The notes: a model not told the origin generated them from the letters alone. A DNA stretch of 63,553 nt, filler included, from Octopus bimaculoides (GCF_001194135.2; 5 parts of 5 records of this genome joined end to end with filler, not necessarily neighbours in it); one strand, 5' to 3'; counted from the whole stretch's first letter, positions 48,915 through 63,045 are shown. Made by a program: numbers and translations.

Positions 48915-51900
48915 CCTATGTATGTATGTATGTATATGTGTATGTATGTATATGTGTATGTATGTATGTATGTATGTATGTACAAGACACATTGAAAAAT
49001 ATAGCAAAATACAAAATAGATTTATAGTCAATGAAAACCAGTTGGATAAATAACGTTGAAACTACATTATTTGTGAGAAACAAAGAACAATATCAAAGTA
49101 AAAAAGCAACAGAAATTCTTATTTTGATTGAAAAACTTTGTTGTTTAGGAAATCATTAGAATTTCATCTGTGAAAGTAATTAATATTTGTAGCTTCAGGT
49201 TGTTAGAAGTTTAGTTGAAACAAAAACTTATGCCAGATGAACAAAACTGTACCATCTTTCTATTTCCACTTCTTTTTATTATTAAATATCACAGAAAGAT
49301 ATTAAAATTAATAAGATTATCGAAGGTAGGAGTTTCACTTTTGTTTGTTGATGTCAGACTATTGGCGGAGGATTTGTTGGCTCCAATCAAACCATAACAC
49401 AGTAAGTAGTCCAAGATCCAATAGTTATTGCTGTCTCAGTCTGTTGTACTGTAACTAGGCAACAGGCATTATTAATACAATTTCGAAGTGTAAACCAATG
49501 TTTTGAAGATCTTATTTGCTGATTTTATTCCTATTTTGGTGAACTACACACATTGCAGCATTCAACCATATGTAAGAAAATGCCTATGTCAAAAGAAATG
49601 GACATTCTCATTGACATTAACATTTTTTCACTCATGCCAAGTCCATTTACTCACTCCCACTAGTCCCTTCATCATCCCTATATATTCACTTCTTCCACAA
49701 ATCTCTCTTCACTCCTCCTACAGCCCTCTCTTCACTTATGCCACTGCTCTCTCCTCATTCCTCATCACAGTCCTCTACTCCCACTCACCACAGTCCTCTC
49801 TTCACTTGAACAGTAGTCTTCCCTTAACTTCTACCAGTCCCTCTCATCATTTCCCTTATAGCCATCTTACTCTACCTCTGCTATCAGCCACTTCCCAACC
49901 ACCAATCCACAAAAGAACAAATCATTAAAATCTGTATGCCCATTGAAGTCATTAGAATGTCAGGTAAAATGCCTTACACCTCGCTTACAAAGTTTGGATT
50001 CTGCCATGGTCAACATTGCTTTCCATCTTTCTGCAGAAGATAAATACAGTATCTATACAAAGTAGTACAATGCAGGAAGTAGTATAGTGTAGATGTTACA
50101 ACATTGGTGATGTTTTCATTCCTGTTCTCTATATTCTAACTTAAAATCCTACTACAGCCAACATGGGTAGCAGACTTAACTTATTGGCCTGTTTCAACTA
50201 TCATCTAAACTTTAGGGGTCTTTAGTAGAGTACACTCTGTTACCAACATTTAAGCCCCAACCCTGATTTGAAGATATTTTACTGTCTTCTTCCCACGCAT
50301 CTCAGATGCCTTTTAAAACGTCATGGGTACTGTTCTTCTTACTAACTAAAAGACAACAAAAAGTGCTAATGTGGTTCTGAGTTGTCTGCCCCTAGGAAAA
50401 AGATGTATGCACTAATTAATTTGAATGTCATTCTGACCAGCTAGAATGGATGCTAGTAGGGTAAGTATTTTGACCCCTATCTGAAACTGTTATATCATCA
50501 TTAGTCCTTAATGGTTTAGTAGCTTAACTCCAGTTCAATGTAATTCTGAGTTTGATTCTGTGCCAAGTAGCTATATATCTGAGAAAAGAAATAAAGGACA
50601 TACAAACTACATGGTAATTAAATCTGTTATAAAGAAGAAACAGAGGATTTCAACAATTCAGAGATGAGACAAAAGAGAGAAGTACAAAAAGAAAGGCTAA
50701 GTAATGATAGATACAGTGGAGGAACAATGCTGGAAAATGGTCAATGGAAGTAACAGAATAGAAAGGTGATTTGCAACAGTGAAGAAGCTTGAGTCAAGGA
50801 AGATAATGTAGATTTGTTCTATTTGTCATTTTTAAGAAATGTTTCTTCTATAGTAAGAAGCATTACAGAACTTCTTTTTGTTTTCTTCTCACATTTTTCT
50901 TTTCTTTCTGTCTCTTGAAAAAGGGCCTCAGCCCAAAATATCAAACTTATTTTTTGTATTTACAATATAAAATTAACTACCATGTAGCCTGGTTTGTTGT
51001 TTTTGTTGCTTTTGTTGTACTTCCTTTCTGAAATCTATTTGACTTGGTTGCTTATCAAATAAAGTTGATTTCTAAAGTTAGTAAAGATTGGTAAGTGATA
51101 TAAGTCAGTTTAGTCAAGGGTGGTGTCAATCCCACACTTAAGAAACCCAATATCTGAGAAGACTATTGAGTTTTATGGTAGCAACTATGATAATAAAATC
51201 CAAGACAGTTTGTTCTGCGTATGTGGTTAACTTGTGGCATGCATGAAAATGTCTAGCTTTTGGGACAAAGGTCATCAGAATTCTTCACTTTCCATATTAT
51301 TCACATTTAAATTACATCTCTAAATTCTCCTGAAGAAATATGATATTGACTTTGGTCGGTTTTACAATTCAGAATGTAGAATTTCTAAAGTATTAATAAC
51401 TTAGTCTAACATACCTCAATTTATAGCACTCTACTGATTTAATTCTGTAAAACTTATTTGAATATAGCATCGAAATAAAACAAGAACTGTAAAGTGTTGC
51501 TCTATTTTTGTATATAATGTGTATTTTGAAAAGTATGTATGTATGTATTTGTACACATACTCACCCACACACATTTAACATTCTATTATAGTAATTATAT
51601 ATTTCATCAACTTTTCTAAACATGACACACAATAGATGTCTATGTAGAAGGAAATATGTAAAGTCTCCCTCTCATGTGTCCACATTCTGCTATCAATGTT
51701 ATTCAAGTGTCATTGTTTTCACAGTAACATTCAATGTCATATTGTAAACCTAGATTATTCACTATTCTCTGCAAGTGTCATTATTTTGACAAGATTCTAT
51801 CACATTTTTGTATGGTTTTGATATCCGAAATAAATGTTTATGTCTATATTTTTATGTTGGCATTCAATATACATATGTATATATGTACCTACATATACAC

Positions 51901-52492
51901 GTACTATGCACAAACATTTTCTCTGTGTGTGTGTATCTATGTATATATGTATACACACACATACATAAAAATGTTTCTATTTAATCTCCTCACCAACAAC
52001 CATCATGTAAATATCTATCTGTTTCAATCTAACTTCCCTCTCTTGCTTTCTGTCTGTCTGTCTCCCTCCCTCTCTCTTCGTCCTCCCTCCCTCCCTCTAT
52101 TGCTTCTGTTACTCTCTTCTCTGTCACTCTAACACTCCTATCACTCTCTCTGATTCTTTTTCATCACTCTCTTTTCTATTAACCTCTCACTTTTGTTCTC
52201 TTCCCAAAAAGTTGTGTAGGAAACAAACAGGTAATATAGAGAAGGTGGGAAACACACTTTAGCCTCACTTCGTAGGGTTGAGACAAACTTCTTTTGCTGG
52301 TGAATAAGCAAGAATGAAAGGCATTGCTTAGCATGGCATTTTGACTTCTGCTGGTAGTTAGACAAATTCTCTATAACCAATGGTACTACAAAATGCTCCC
52401 AGTACACTCTGTAAAGTGGTTAGTGATAGGAAAAGAATTATTATCATAATGAAATCTAAATGTATTACAAAGTACACCCTATCAACCAAAAA

Positions 52493-52542
<50 letters not shown>

Positions 52543-53079
52543 CATCATCATCATCAGATGTTATTTAGAGGTCATTGCCAAATACATCAGTTAACTTTAA
52601 ACATATGTCCTTTTTTGAATTTTTCAATACTCTTAGTAACCACTACACAAAATCCATAGTTTGTATTACAATATTTATTTATACAATACTCAGCATAATT
52701 GTATTGAGTGCTATATATGTTTTGATATGGTAATTAAATTTTATACAAACTCTCTGTCAATCCCTTTCTCTACCCTCTTTCTTCTTCTTCTTCTTCTTCT
52801 TCTTCTTCTTCTTCTTCTTCTTCTTCTTCTTCTTCTCTCTCTCTCCCTCTCTCTCTTTCAATTTTCCCTAACACATTGTCACCATTATTTTTCTCTCCTT
52901 CCAGTTTCACCACAGCCACTCCTACCCTCTCTTCTATTATGTGAGTAACTGTGTAGCTCCCCTTCAGCAAAAAACTTGTTCTGTTATGGACCCTTCTCTC
53001 TCACCTTAGCCCCTCATCCCAGGATCTGAATTGAGAAAGCATTTATTTCTGCACTCTAACATTTCTGAATAATAATAAC

Positions 53080-53109
<30 letters not shown>

Positions 53110-53112
<3 letters not shown>

Positions 53113-53228
53113 CACTTTCAATACAGTAACCATAAGAGCATCACAGCAAACCACAGCACATACCCAAGGCACACAGAGCTGCGCTCGGTAGTGAAGTGAA
53201 AGCACGTTATAAAAATAAAACTACTGAA
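53110..53228 (+). mobile_element. Severely 5'-truncated R4/Dong-like 3' end (KTLSIQ-stop plus UTR) embedded in (TAA)n
   Basis: gcacatacccaaggc.cacagagctgcgctcggtagtgaagtgaaagcacgttataaaaataaaactactg is essentially identical to 33905-33976; both are followed by (TAA)n. Confidence 0.8.
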
Positions 53229-53251
53229 TAATAATAATAATAATAATAATG

Positions 53252-53294
<43 letters not shown>

Positions 53295-53682
53295 NNNNNN
53301 NNNNNNNNNNNNNNNNNNNNNNNNNNNNNNNNNNNNNNTTAATTAATTAANNNNNNNNNNNNNNNNNNNNNNNNNNNNNNNNNNNNNNNNNNNNATCTGA
53401 TGCAGCAGCAACAACAACCTTTATACATTATTCTGCCAACCCAATCGCCACAGCAGACTCTTCACTCTGCCGCACTCTTCTCTCTCCCCCGACATACACA
53501 GCCAGAAATATACTCACACACACGCACACACACACACACACACGCACATACACATACACAGACACACACACACATACATTCACACAATTCACACACAAAC
53601 GCACATATATGTGCATACGCATAAATATATGAATGCACGCACAGACACGTACACAAATATATACATACATACATACATACAA

Positions 53683-53737
<55 letters not shown>

Positions 53738-54899
53738 NNNNNNNNNNNNNNNNNNNNNNNNNNNNNNNNNNNNNNNNNNNNNNNNNNNNNNNNNNNNNNN
53801 NNNNNNNNNNNNNNNNNNNNNNNNNNNNNNNNNNNNNNNNNNNNNNNNNNNNNNNNNNNNNNNNNNNNNNNNNNNNNNNNNNNNNNNNNNNNNNNNNNNN
53901 NNNNNNNNNNNNNNNNNNNNNNNNNNNNNNNNNNNNNNNNNNNNNNNNNNNNNNNNNNNNNNNNNNNNNNNNNNNNNNNNNNNNNNNNNNNNNNNNNNNN
54001 NNNNNNNNNNNNNNNNNNNNNNNNNNNNNNNNNNNNNNNNNNNNNNNNNNNNNNNNNNNNNNNNNNNNNNNNNNNNNNNNNNNNNNNNNNNNNNNNNNNN
54101 NNNNNNNNNNNNNNNNNNNNNNNNNNNNNNNNNNNNNNNNNNNNNNNNNNNNNNNNNNNNNNNNNNNNNNNNNNNNNNNNNNNNNNNNNNNNNNNNNNNN
54201 NNNNNNNNNNNNNNNNNNNNNNNNNNNNNNNNNNNNNNNNNNNNNNNNNNNNNNNNNNNNNNNNNNNNNNNNNNNNNNNNNNNNNNNNNNNNNNNNNNNN
54301 NNNNNNNNNNNNNNNNNNNNNNNNNNNNNNNNNNNNNNNNNNNNNNNNNNNNNNNNNNNNNNNNNNNNNNNNNNNNNNNNNNNNNNNNNNATATATATAC
54401 ATATACATATATACATACATGTGTATATGTATATATATATATATATATAAATATACATATATATAAATACATGCATAAAAACATGCATACACAAGTACAT
54501 GCGCGTGCGCACACACACATGCACACGCACATACACGCGCACGTACGCTCTCACTCACACATGCATATATTCATAGATTCACACAAACAAAAATTCCAAG
54601 GTTTTCAGCTTGGCATCTTTTCTATCCGAAAGCACCGCCACCACCATCACAACCACCATCTCTACCATCATACGACCACCACCGCCACCACCACCATCAC
54701 CATCACCACAATCAACCTTCTCTGCGCCACCAACACCAACACCTAATCGAACTATCATCAATATTTCAACCATCTCCACTACCACCACCACCACCGCCAG
54801 CAGCAGCAGCAACAACGGCAACACTGTCACTGCAATTACAGCCTGTGTGTAGTTGGTTGACCAGCTAGAAATAGCAGCCAAAAATATTTCAAATCCTAC

Positions 54900-55250
54900 C
54901 TTGTAGTAATGAAAGAAAGGAGAAATGCATTGGATTGCATAATACCGATAACCCTAAGATTTGTGTTGGTCACGGCCGGATTGCCTTTAAACATAGATCT
55001 GCTCGAAGGGAGTTCCACACTTGCACCACAGCAAACGATTTTATGGAGGTACTGAAGTGGCAGCCCGAGAGGGAAAAGAGCAGTAGGGCGTCCGAAACCC
55101 ACATGGCGAAGGACTATCGACAAGGAAAGGAGACTAGAAGATGTGGAGAAGCTGGAATGAAACCAGGACAGTGGCAGAAAACCAGAGCTGGCTGGAGGGA
55201 TCGTGTGGTGACTTTACGTGCCTCATGGCATGGAGAGAATCACTCATTAA
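54900..55250 (+). mobile_element. 3' end of a second RTE-like LINE family, frameshifted
   Basis: MHNTDNPKI...WQPE...KSSRASETH...WRSWNETRTVAEN...GWRDRVVTLRASWHGEN resembles RTE C-termini. Confidence 0.7.
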
Positions 55251-57810
55251 CCATAACAAACATCATTATCTTCATAACCGGGAAGCTAGCTCCGCATGGT
55301 CGTCTACATTGCAAGAAATATCAGCAAAATCTCTCTCGTTACTCTAAGAAGGAAGGGCATATTGGATAATTGTAATGCTAGGGTACTTTGAGCCCAAAAG
55401 CAAAACCAACTGCAAGATGGTCACAGCCGTAACGGCTTTAACCATAGGGTTGCTCAATACGTAGTTGATATGGTGCTAAGCAACAACGCAATCTTAACCC
55501 TAACCGTAATTTCACCTCTAACCACCACCACCACCATAACCACCACCACCACCACCACCACCACCACCACCACCACTACCACCACCAGGTGTACAAATCC
55601 AGGATTAGTGGAACGGTTAAAATATTGAAAGATATGCTCAGCAATACATGTTCTGATTGTCTCTTCATTCTGACAGCAAGCAATGCATGCAATGACACTG
55701 GTGCCAAGCAGTTACGGTCCAAGTCGGCTGCCTTTTCTTTGGATGAACATTGGCGGCGTGACGGGGAAAGACTTACATGGATAGAGAACTGGCAGCCTTA
55801 CTCGAAAAAATTTTTCTCTAGACTTGCACCTATATGTACAGCTACATAGATGGACGCCCTTTATAACACCACTCTATCACCAACACTAGCACTATTCCTT
55901 TATCAACACTATCGCCACCACAATTATCACTCTACTATCAGCAGTAACGTTACCACTATCACCAATACTATCGCCGTACTACCATCAGTTCTACACCAAA
56001 CTACACCAAACTACACAGCTTCTACACCAAACACTAACCCACTAACACCAACACTAACCCACTAACACCAACACTATCACTAACACTTTCAGTATTCTAA
56101 CACTAGTATTAATTCCATTATGTCATCAAAACTATCATTCCTATCATCACTCTATTATCATCAACACTATCACGAACACTAACGCCACTCTAACACTAAC
56201 ACTAAACCCAGTCTATCATCAACACCAACACCACTGTTACGAGGTCTCTTTCAGTCGGGATTGGCCATGTATTTGCACCTGTATGCACAGACATGCTCAA
56301 AGTTTATTTTGTGGAAAACTAAAATGTCATGCACGCCAATCTCTCCTTCCCAGCGGAATGGATTGTCCAATGATAAAACTTTTCTCAAACATCGATACAG
56401 CTCGGCACCAATGCCGTCGTTAAACGTTGCTGTCAGAAAGAAAAAAAGCCGGAACGAATACTGCGACCATCCCGTCCGACTCACATATAGTTCAGCCAAT
56501 CCACTACCTTTGATTGGTAACTTTCTATTTATCGACTCTAAAAGAATGAGCACAGATACTTGGAACAACCACGATGAGGTTTCCATATTATGCCCTAAGG
56601 ACATTTTCACTTCGCCACTTTACAGCTAATACTACTTCATCTTCAACATTGATACCACTCTAACTAATTTCGACTTTCTAGAAATAGCAGTCAACTCTCC
56701 CTCAAATCACACCTTAGGAGAAAAATACATTGGATAATGGTCCCAGACTCAGTATATCTGAATAAAAGACAGGATGATGACAGCTAGGAGGCCTTCTCTG
56801 CGATCAAATCAGCTGGGACGAAAAACAGCAATAGCTGAAACCATCGTAACTATTAATGACTCCATCATTATCATGACGTTAACACTACCACCAACATCAC
56901 CACCATCACCATCAACAACAACATCAACAACGACAATATATCACAACTACCAAATAACCACCAACACCAACACTAAACTAAAACTACCGAAACCACAAGC
57001 AACACTACAACCTATACTACTACCACACGATTACTACCAATAACAACAACGCCACCTACTGTTAATACTACTATTAACAGAATCAAACACCACTGCCAGC
57101 AACAACGACTCTATCAAACTAAAAATACCAGCAGTAACACCATCAATCCTACCTTGCCCACCAACACCACCAGTACCACCAATACCAGCAAACAAACACC
57201 GCCAAACCTAAAACCAGCATTACTACCATACTACCGCCTCCATCAGCGACACCACAACCAAATTACCCACCACTAGTACCACCACAAGCAACTGCAAGAA
57301 TCTCAAAGTGATTGATCAACATGCTAGAAATAGTTATCAAACCAATATCAAGTCATAAGGCGTTCCATAGGGGAAAGCATCTTTGCTACAAAACCCCATT
57401 TACCAGCTGGGCCACGCAGGGATGTGTTTGAAATATGAGAGATGCTTGTTTATATGTCGGGTCTTCCGACTTCGGAAAGAAAGCTCACATTCACAAGATG
57501 GTTATTGATATACAAAATGACGGGATGGTCAAGGCTGGAGCATCTTTGATCACAGGCGTGCTTGATTAGGGCTGACCTGAGGTTAAACATCACCATTATC
57601 GCTACCAAAAACACCACCACCACCAATACGTGGGAGACTCTATACAGGTATTCGACCTACTAGAAATAGAAACCTAGAGCCCTGAAACTACCCATACTGT
57701 CTTAGGAATGAAGGATACGTTGGATAATGTTGTCATCGGTGCACTGTGAATATATAAAGAGGTAATAGTCATAATTGGAACGCTTTTGACAATATGTCTG
57801 CACAATTATA

Positions 57811-58232
57811 GGCGCAGGAGTGGCTATGTGATAAATAGCTTGCTTACCAACCACATGGTTCCGGTTTCAGTCCTACTGCATGGCATCTTGGGCAAATGTC
57901 TTCTGCTAGAGCCTCGGGCCAACCAAAGCCTTGTGGGTGGATTTGGTAGGCGGAAACTGAAAGAAGCCCGTCANNNNNNNNNNGGGTGGATTTGGTAGGC
58001 GGAAACTGAAAGAAGCCCGTCATATATATGTGTGTGTGCGTGTGTGTTCCCCCCCCCCCCATCATCGCTTGACAACAAATGTTGGTGTGTTTACATTCCT
58101 GTAACCTAGCAGTTCGGCAAAAGTGACCGATAGAATAAGTATTAGGCTTACAAAGAATAAGTCATAGGGTCGATTTGTTCGGCTAAAGGCGGTGCTCCAG
58201 CATGGCTGCAGCCAAATGACTGAAACAATTAA
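57811..58232 (+). mobile_element. SINE family A copy
   Basis: Head ggcgcaggagtggct; a short internal duplication flanks the 10-N gap. Confidence 0.88.
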
Positions 58233-58384
58233 AATAAAATAAATCAGGGCCTGGGGCTAAGCAACAACAACACCACCATCACAACAACACTGTTGATACC
58301 ACCATTATTACTACAACCAACCAGACTAATACCACCAACAACAACCACATCAGCAACTTTATATCAATTTTAGCACTACCATTA

Positions 58385-59435
58385 AGGCGGTGAGCTGGCA
58401 GAATCGTTATTAGACCGGACGAAATGCATAGCAGCATTTCGTCCGTCTTTACGTTCTGAATTGTGGAGGTGCAATGGCCCAATGGTTTGGGCAGCGGACT
58501 CGTGGTCATAGGATCCCCAGACCGGGCGTTGTGAGTGTTTATTGAGCGAAAACCACCTAAAGTTCCACGAGGCTCTGGCGGGGGATGGTGGCGAACTCTG
58601 CTGTACTCTTTCACCACAACTTTCTCTCACTCTTATTTCCTGTTTCTGTTGTGCCTGTAATTCAAAGGGTCAGCCGTGTCACGCTGAATATCCCTGAGAA
58701 CTACGTTAAGGGTACACGTGTCTGTGGAGTGCTCAGCCACTTGCACGTTAATTTCACGAGCAGGCTATTCCGTTGATTGGATCAATTGGAACCCTCGACG
58801 TCGTAAGCGACGGAATGCCAACAACAACGTTCTGAATTAGTGGTCTACTTTGCCTTTCATCCTTTCGGGGTCGATAAAATAAGTACCAATTGATCACTGG
58901 GGTCAATGTAATCGACTTACCACCCCTCTCTCTCTCGAACTTGGCTATGTGCCATGTGCCAAAATTTGAAACCTTTACCATTAATGTTGTTCGTAAGACG
59001 GAGACCTGACAGGATCTTTAGCACGCAAGGCGAAATGCTCAGCGGCATGTCGTCCGTGTTTACGTTCTGGGTTCAAATTCCACCTAAACGGACTTTGCAC
59101 TTCATCCTTTCGGAGTCGACAAACACTGGGTTTGATATAATCAAATTACTTCCTTCCCCGAAATTGCTGGCCTTGTGCCAAAATTTGAAATCAGTATTAA
59201 TATTAAGGCGGCGAGCTGGCAGAAACGATAGCACGCTGGGCGAAATGCTTAGCGGTATTTCGTCTGTCTTTATGTTCTGAGTTCAAATTCCGCCGAGGTC
59301 CACTTTGCCTTTCATCCTTTCTGGGTCAATAAATTAAGTACCAGTTACGCACTGGGGTCAATATAATGGACTTAATCCCTTTGTCTGTCCTTGTTTGTCC
59401 CCTCTATGTTTAGCCCCTTGAGAGCAATAAAGAAA
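58385..59435 (+). mobile_element. Cluster of three SINE family C copies (58385-58975 interrupted by a family B copy, 58990-59185, 59206-59435)
   Basis: Repeated gcgaaatgct.agcgg...gttcaaattcc...ctttgcctttcatcctttcggggtcgataa blocks. Confidence 0.85.
58463..58826 (+). mobile_element. SINE family B inserted into a SINE family C copy, 12-bp TSD ACGTTCTGAATT
   Basis: TSD at 58451-58462 and 58827-58838; family C sequence resumes after the TSD. Confidence 0.9.
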
Positions 59436-60394
59436 TCAGTATTAATATTACCATCACCTACATCAGCATCATTAGAACCACCGTCATCACTAACTGCACC
59501 ATGGTACCACTTCCGTCGCTATGAATGCTTCATCACTTCCATCTCCACCACTACCACTTTGCCATCGGTAGCATACCAGGTTCGTCGTTACTGCCACCAC
59601 TACCAGCAGTAGCAACATCGGCAACATCAGCAACATACCACCACCACAACCACCACCACCATTACCACCACCACTACTACCATCAGCAACACCAGCGATA
59701 TCACAGCATACCATTTCAATCACCAGCAACATAACATAAATCGCCGCCGCCACCAATACCAGCAACACACTACTTCCACCACCACCACCACCAACATCAA
59801 TAACACATCATTTCNNNNNNNNNNNNNNNNNNNNNNNNNNNNNNNNNNNNNNNNNNNNTTAATTAATTAANNNNNNNNNNNNNNNNNNNNNNNNNNNNNN
59901 NNNNNNNNNNNNNNTATGTATTTGTATATATGTTTATGTATATGTATATATATGTATATATATATATGTGTGTGTATGTGTGTGTGTGTATGTGTGTGTG
60001 TGTATGTGTGTGTGTGTGTATGTATGTATGTGTGAATTATATCTTTGAATGTAATTTATTAGAGAAGCCATATCTAGTCACTATTCATTATGACTTATGA
60101 ATGTTCATATGGTGTCCTTCCCATCAGAATATATAATAGATATTTATCTGAAAACAGATAGCAAAAAAAAAAAAAAATAGTTGTATTCATTTTGAGAATA
60201 GTTTTTATTCTTGATAATAAAATCTTTCTTTACATCAGAAGTTTTGACTTGTTATGGAAAAAAATAATTCATTATCGAAACTAAAAACTGTTTTCAAAAT
60301 GAATAAACCACTTTCTTTATTTTTTAATTCAGGTGTCCTTAGTCTATCAAATTAACATTTTGAAATGTATTGGTGCTGTACAATGTGAAGTGTC

Positions 60395-60774
60395 TTACTC
60401 TTATACTCTTTTACTTGTTTCAGTTATTTGACTGTGGCCATGCTGGAGTACCGCCTTTAATCAAACAAATCGACCCCAGGACTTACTCTTTGTAAATCTA
60501 GTACTTAGTCTATCGGTCTCTTAGGCCCAACTGCTAAGTTACGGGGATGTAAATGCACCAGTATCAGTTGTCAAGCGATGTTGGGGGATCAAACACAAAC
60601 ACACAAACACACACACACACATATAATTATTTACATATATACGACAGGCTTCTTTCAGTTTCCGTCTACCGAATCCATTCACAAGGCTTATAGTAGAAGA
60701 CACTTGCCTAAGGTGGGACTGAACCCGGGATCATGTGTATGGTAAGCAAGCTATTCACCACACAGCCACTCCTG
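60395..60774 (-). mobile_element. SINE family A copy, inverted
   Basis: Reverse complement of the consensus with a small deletion in the head. Confidence 0.88.
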
Positions 60775-61029
60775 TCATCATCATCATCGTTGTTTAACGT
60801 CCGCTTTCCATGCTAGCATGGGTTGGACGATTTGACTGAGGACTGGCAAGCCAGAAGCCTGCACCAAGCTCCAATCTGATCTGGCAGAGTTTCTACAGCT
60901 GGATGCCCTTCCTAACGCCAACCACTCAGAGAGTGTAGTGGGTGCTTTTACGTGCCACTCCTGTGTCTTTGTGAAACATTTACACAATTAATACGAAAGG
61001 ACCTGAAGAATTTATTATTATTTTGAAAA

Positions 61030-61240
61030 GGTGAGCTGGCAGAATCCTTATCCTGCCAAGTGAAACGCTTAACGGCATTTCATCCGTTTTTATGTCCTGA
61101 GTTCATATTCCGCCGAGGTCGACTTTGCCTTTCATCCTTCTGGGGTCGATAAAATAAATACCAGTTGAGTACTGGGATCAATGTAACCGACTGACCCCCT
61201 ACACCACCACCGAAATTGCTGGCCATGTGCCAAAATTTGA
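61030..61240 (+). mobile_element. SINE family C copy
   Basis: aaggtgagctggcagaat head; ccgccgaggtcgactttgcctttcatcc body. Confidence 0.82.
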
Positions 61241-61652
61241 AATCGATATGGCCTCTAAGCCTGCTAGAAATAATAGTCAAATTCTCCCTCAAACTATATT
61301 TTACTGATTTTTAGATGAATTTAGATACTTGATAATTCAAGGTTGCAAACTTTATACCATTAAAAATGTATAGATTAATCATAGACAAATGGTGGCTTTT
61401 GTGACTTTCTGGATAGCAAAGGGTAAAAGGTAAAGAACTCCTCTGGACATGAATGACCGTGGGATGGCGCTTAGAAAATTACCCCCAAAGGCACAAGTCC
61501 AGGCAAGGTTGTTTATGGAAGACCAGCGGTCACTCATGCACACCAGCCTCCCCTATCCATGCCACTTGCCCAATGCTTCATGCAGTGGGACTGAACTTGG
61601 AACCATGTGGTTTGTAAGCAAGCTACCTACCACACAACCACTCCTACATATA

Positions 61653-61983
61653 AAGCAATTAAGAGTATGAAGACCGGGAAAGCCCCCGGCCCATCAGGAA
61701 TCACTGCAGAGATGCTCAAAATATCTGGCAGTGTTGGCTATAGCCTAGTCACCCGTATTACGAACCAGGTGATACACGAAGGAGTCATACCCTATGACTG
61801 GTGTAGCAGCATCATAGTCAACTGCTACAAAGGTAAAGGGGACGCTTTAGATACAAATAATTACAGAGGCATCAAGCTGTTAGATCAGGTTATGAAAGTT
61901 ACAGAGAGGGTCATAGCCCAACTAATTAGGGAGCGAATCAATTTAGATGAGATGCAGTTTGGGTTCGTGCCAGGTAAAAGCAC
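61653..61983 (+). mobile_element. RTE-clade LINE RT fragment, intact frame, truncated by a gap
   Basis: KAIKSMKTGKAPGPSGITAEMLK...YKGKGDALDTNNYRGIKLLDQVMKV...QFGFVPGKS; the overlapping part is nearly identical to the 31236-31552 copy. Confidence 0.92.
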
Positions 61984-62457
61984 NNNNNNNNNNNNNNNNN
62001 NNNNNNNNNNNNNNNNNNNNNNNNNNNTTAATTAATTAANNNNNNNNNNNNNNNNNNNNNNNNNNNNNNNNNNNNNNNNNNNNATTCGTTTGATTGGTCG
62101 TTTCAAATAACGGTCATGGATGCGTAATGCACAAACCAAATAAATCTAATATAGATTCATCCTATTTTAAAAAAATATCGAAGAAAACCTTAAATAGAAA
62201 AATGGGCTCAAAGTACATATTGTAAATAATTAATTATATTCGAATTAACACATTAAAATCAAATCAAATAAAATGAAATAATATTTTTTTTTTTTAAATA
62301 AAATAAAATAAAATAAAGTATACGCTGCTTATTTTATTTTATTTCACGGGAACGTGAAACTCAGAGTAACAGTCTTTTGTTATATTTCTGCTGCTTTTAA
62401 ATAAAGTATATATAATTATTATAGATAGGGTGATAAATTGGCCTTGGTTATTATTGT

Positions 62458-63045
62458 AAGGCATTTATAGCGTTCCAAGTAGCTATAACAACAAAATCAT
62501 TTCTTCATTTTAATATATATATATCGGTATAATAAAGGACTTTAATTTTATCAAAAATATTCATTTAACAAACTCCGGAAATTGATAATATTCTTGAAAT
62601 TGTGCCTCGTGTCAAAGTTATGCAAATGTTTTGTGTAAACAGGAAATTTAAAAAATCGTATAAGCGAAAGATCGTTAAAATCTATCTTGTTTAGCGTGCT
62701 AGAACTTGCAGCGACCACATAATTATTATTGTAAGGCGTTCCAAGTAGCCATACCAACAAAATCACTTCTTCATTTAAAAGAGAAAATTATACCGGTATA
62801 TTAAAAAATTTTCATTTTATCAAAAATATTCATTTAACAAACTCCGGAAAATGATAATATTATAGAAATTGTGCCTCGTATCAAAGTTAACAGTTACTCT
62901 GTGTAATAGCATGCATTCATTCAACCCAAAATCACTTTAAAATTATACTGGTATTTAAAAACTTGTTCATTTTATCAAAAATATGCATTTAACAAACCCC
63001 GGAAACTTATAATATTGTTGAAATTGTGTCACCTATCAAAGCTAT
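62458..63045. repeat. Three diverged direct copies of an AT-rich ~120-160-bp block
   Basis: ttttatcaaaaatattcatttaacaaactccggaaa...gaaattgtgcctcgt.tcaaagtta recurs near 62545, 62815 and 62970; the first two copies also share gcgttccaagtagc.ata.caacaaaatca. Confidence 0.8.

Noticed and set aside
49503-49928. 141-aa Ser/Leu/Pro-rich ORF
   Set aside because: It derives from a CT-rich low-complexity tract, with no domain similarity or splice support.
53428-54558. Long ORFs in the track (for example 376, 356, 334, 268 and 240 aa)
   Set aside because: They are mostly translated N runs and CA/TA microsatellites. Only the SERCA portion of 12500-13504 is real coding sequence.
56238-56630. Possible mariner-type MITE starting TACGAGGTC
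   Set aside because: I could not find a matching terminal inverted repeat or transposase peptide, so it is left unclassified.
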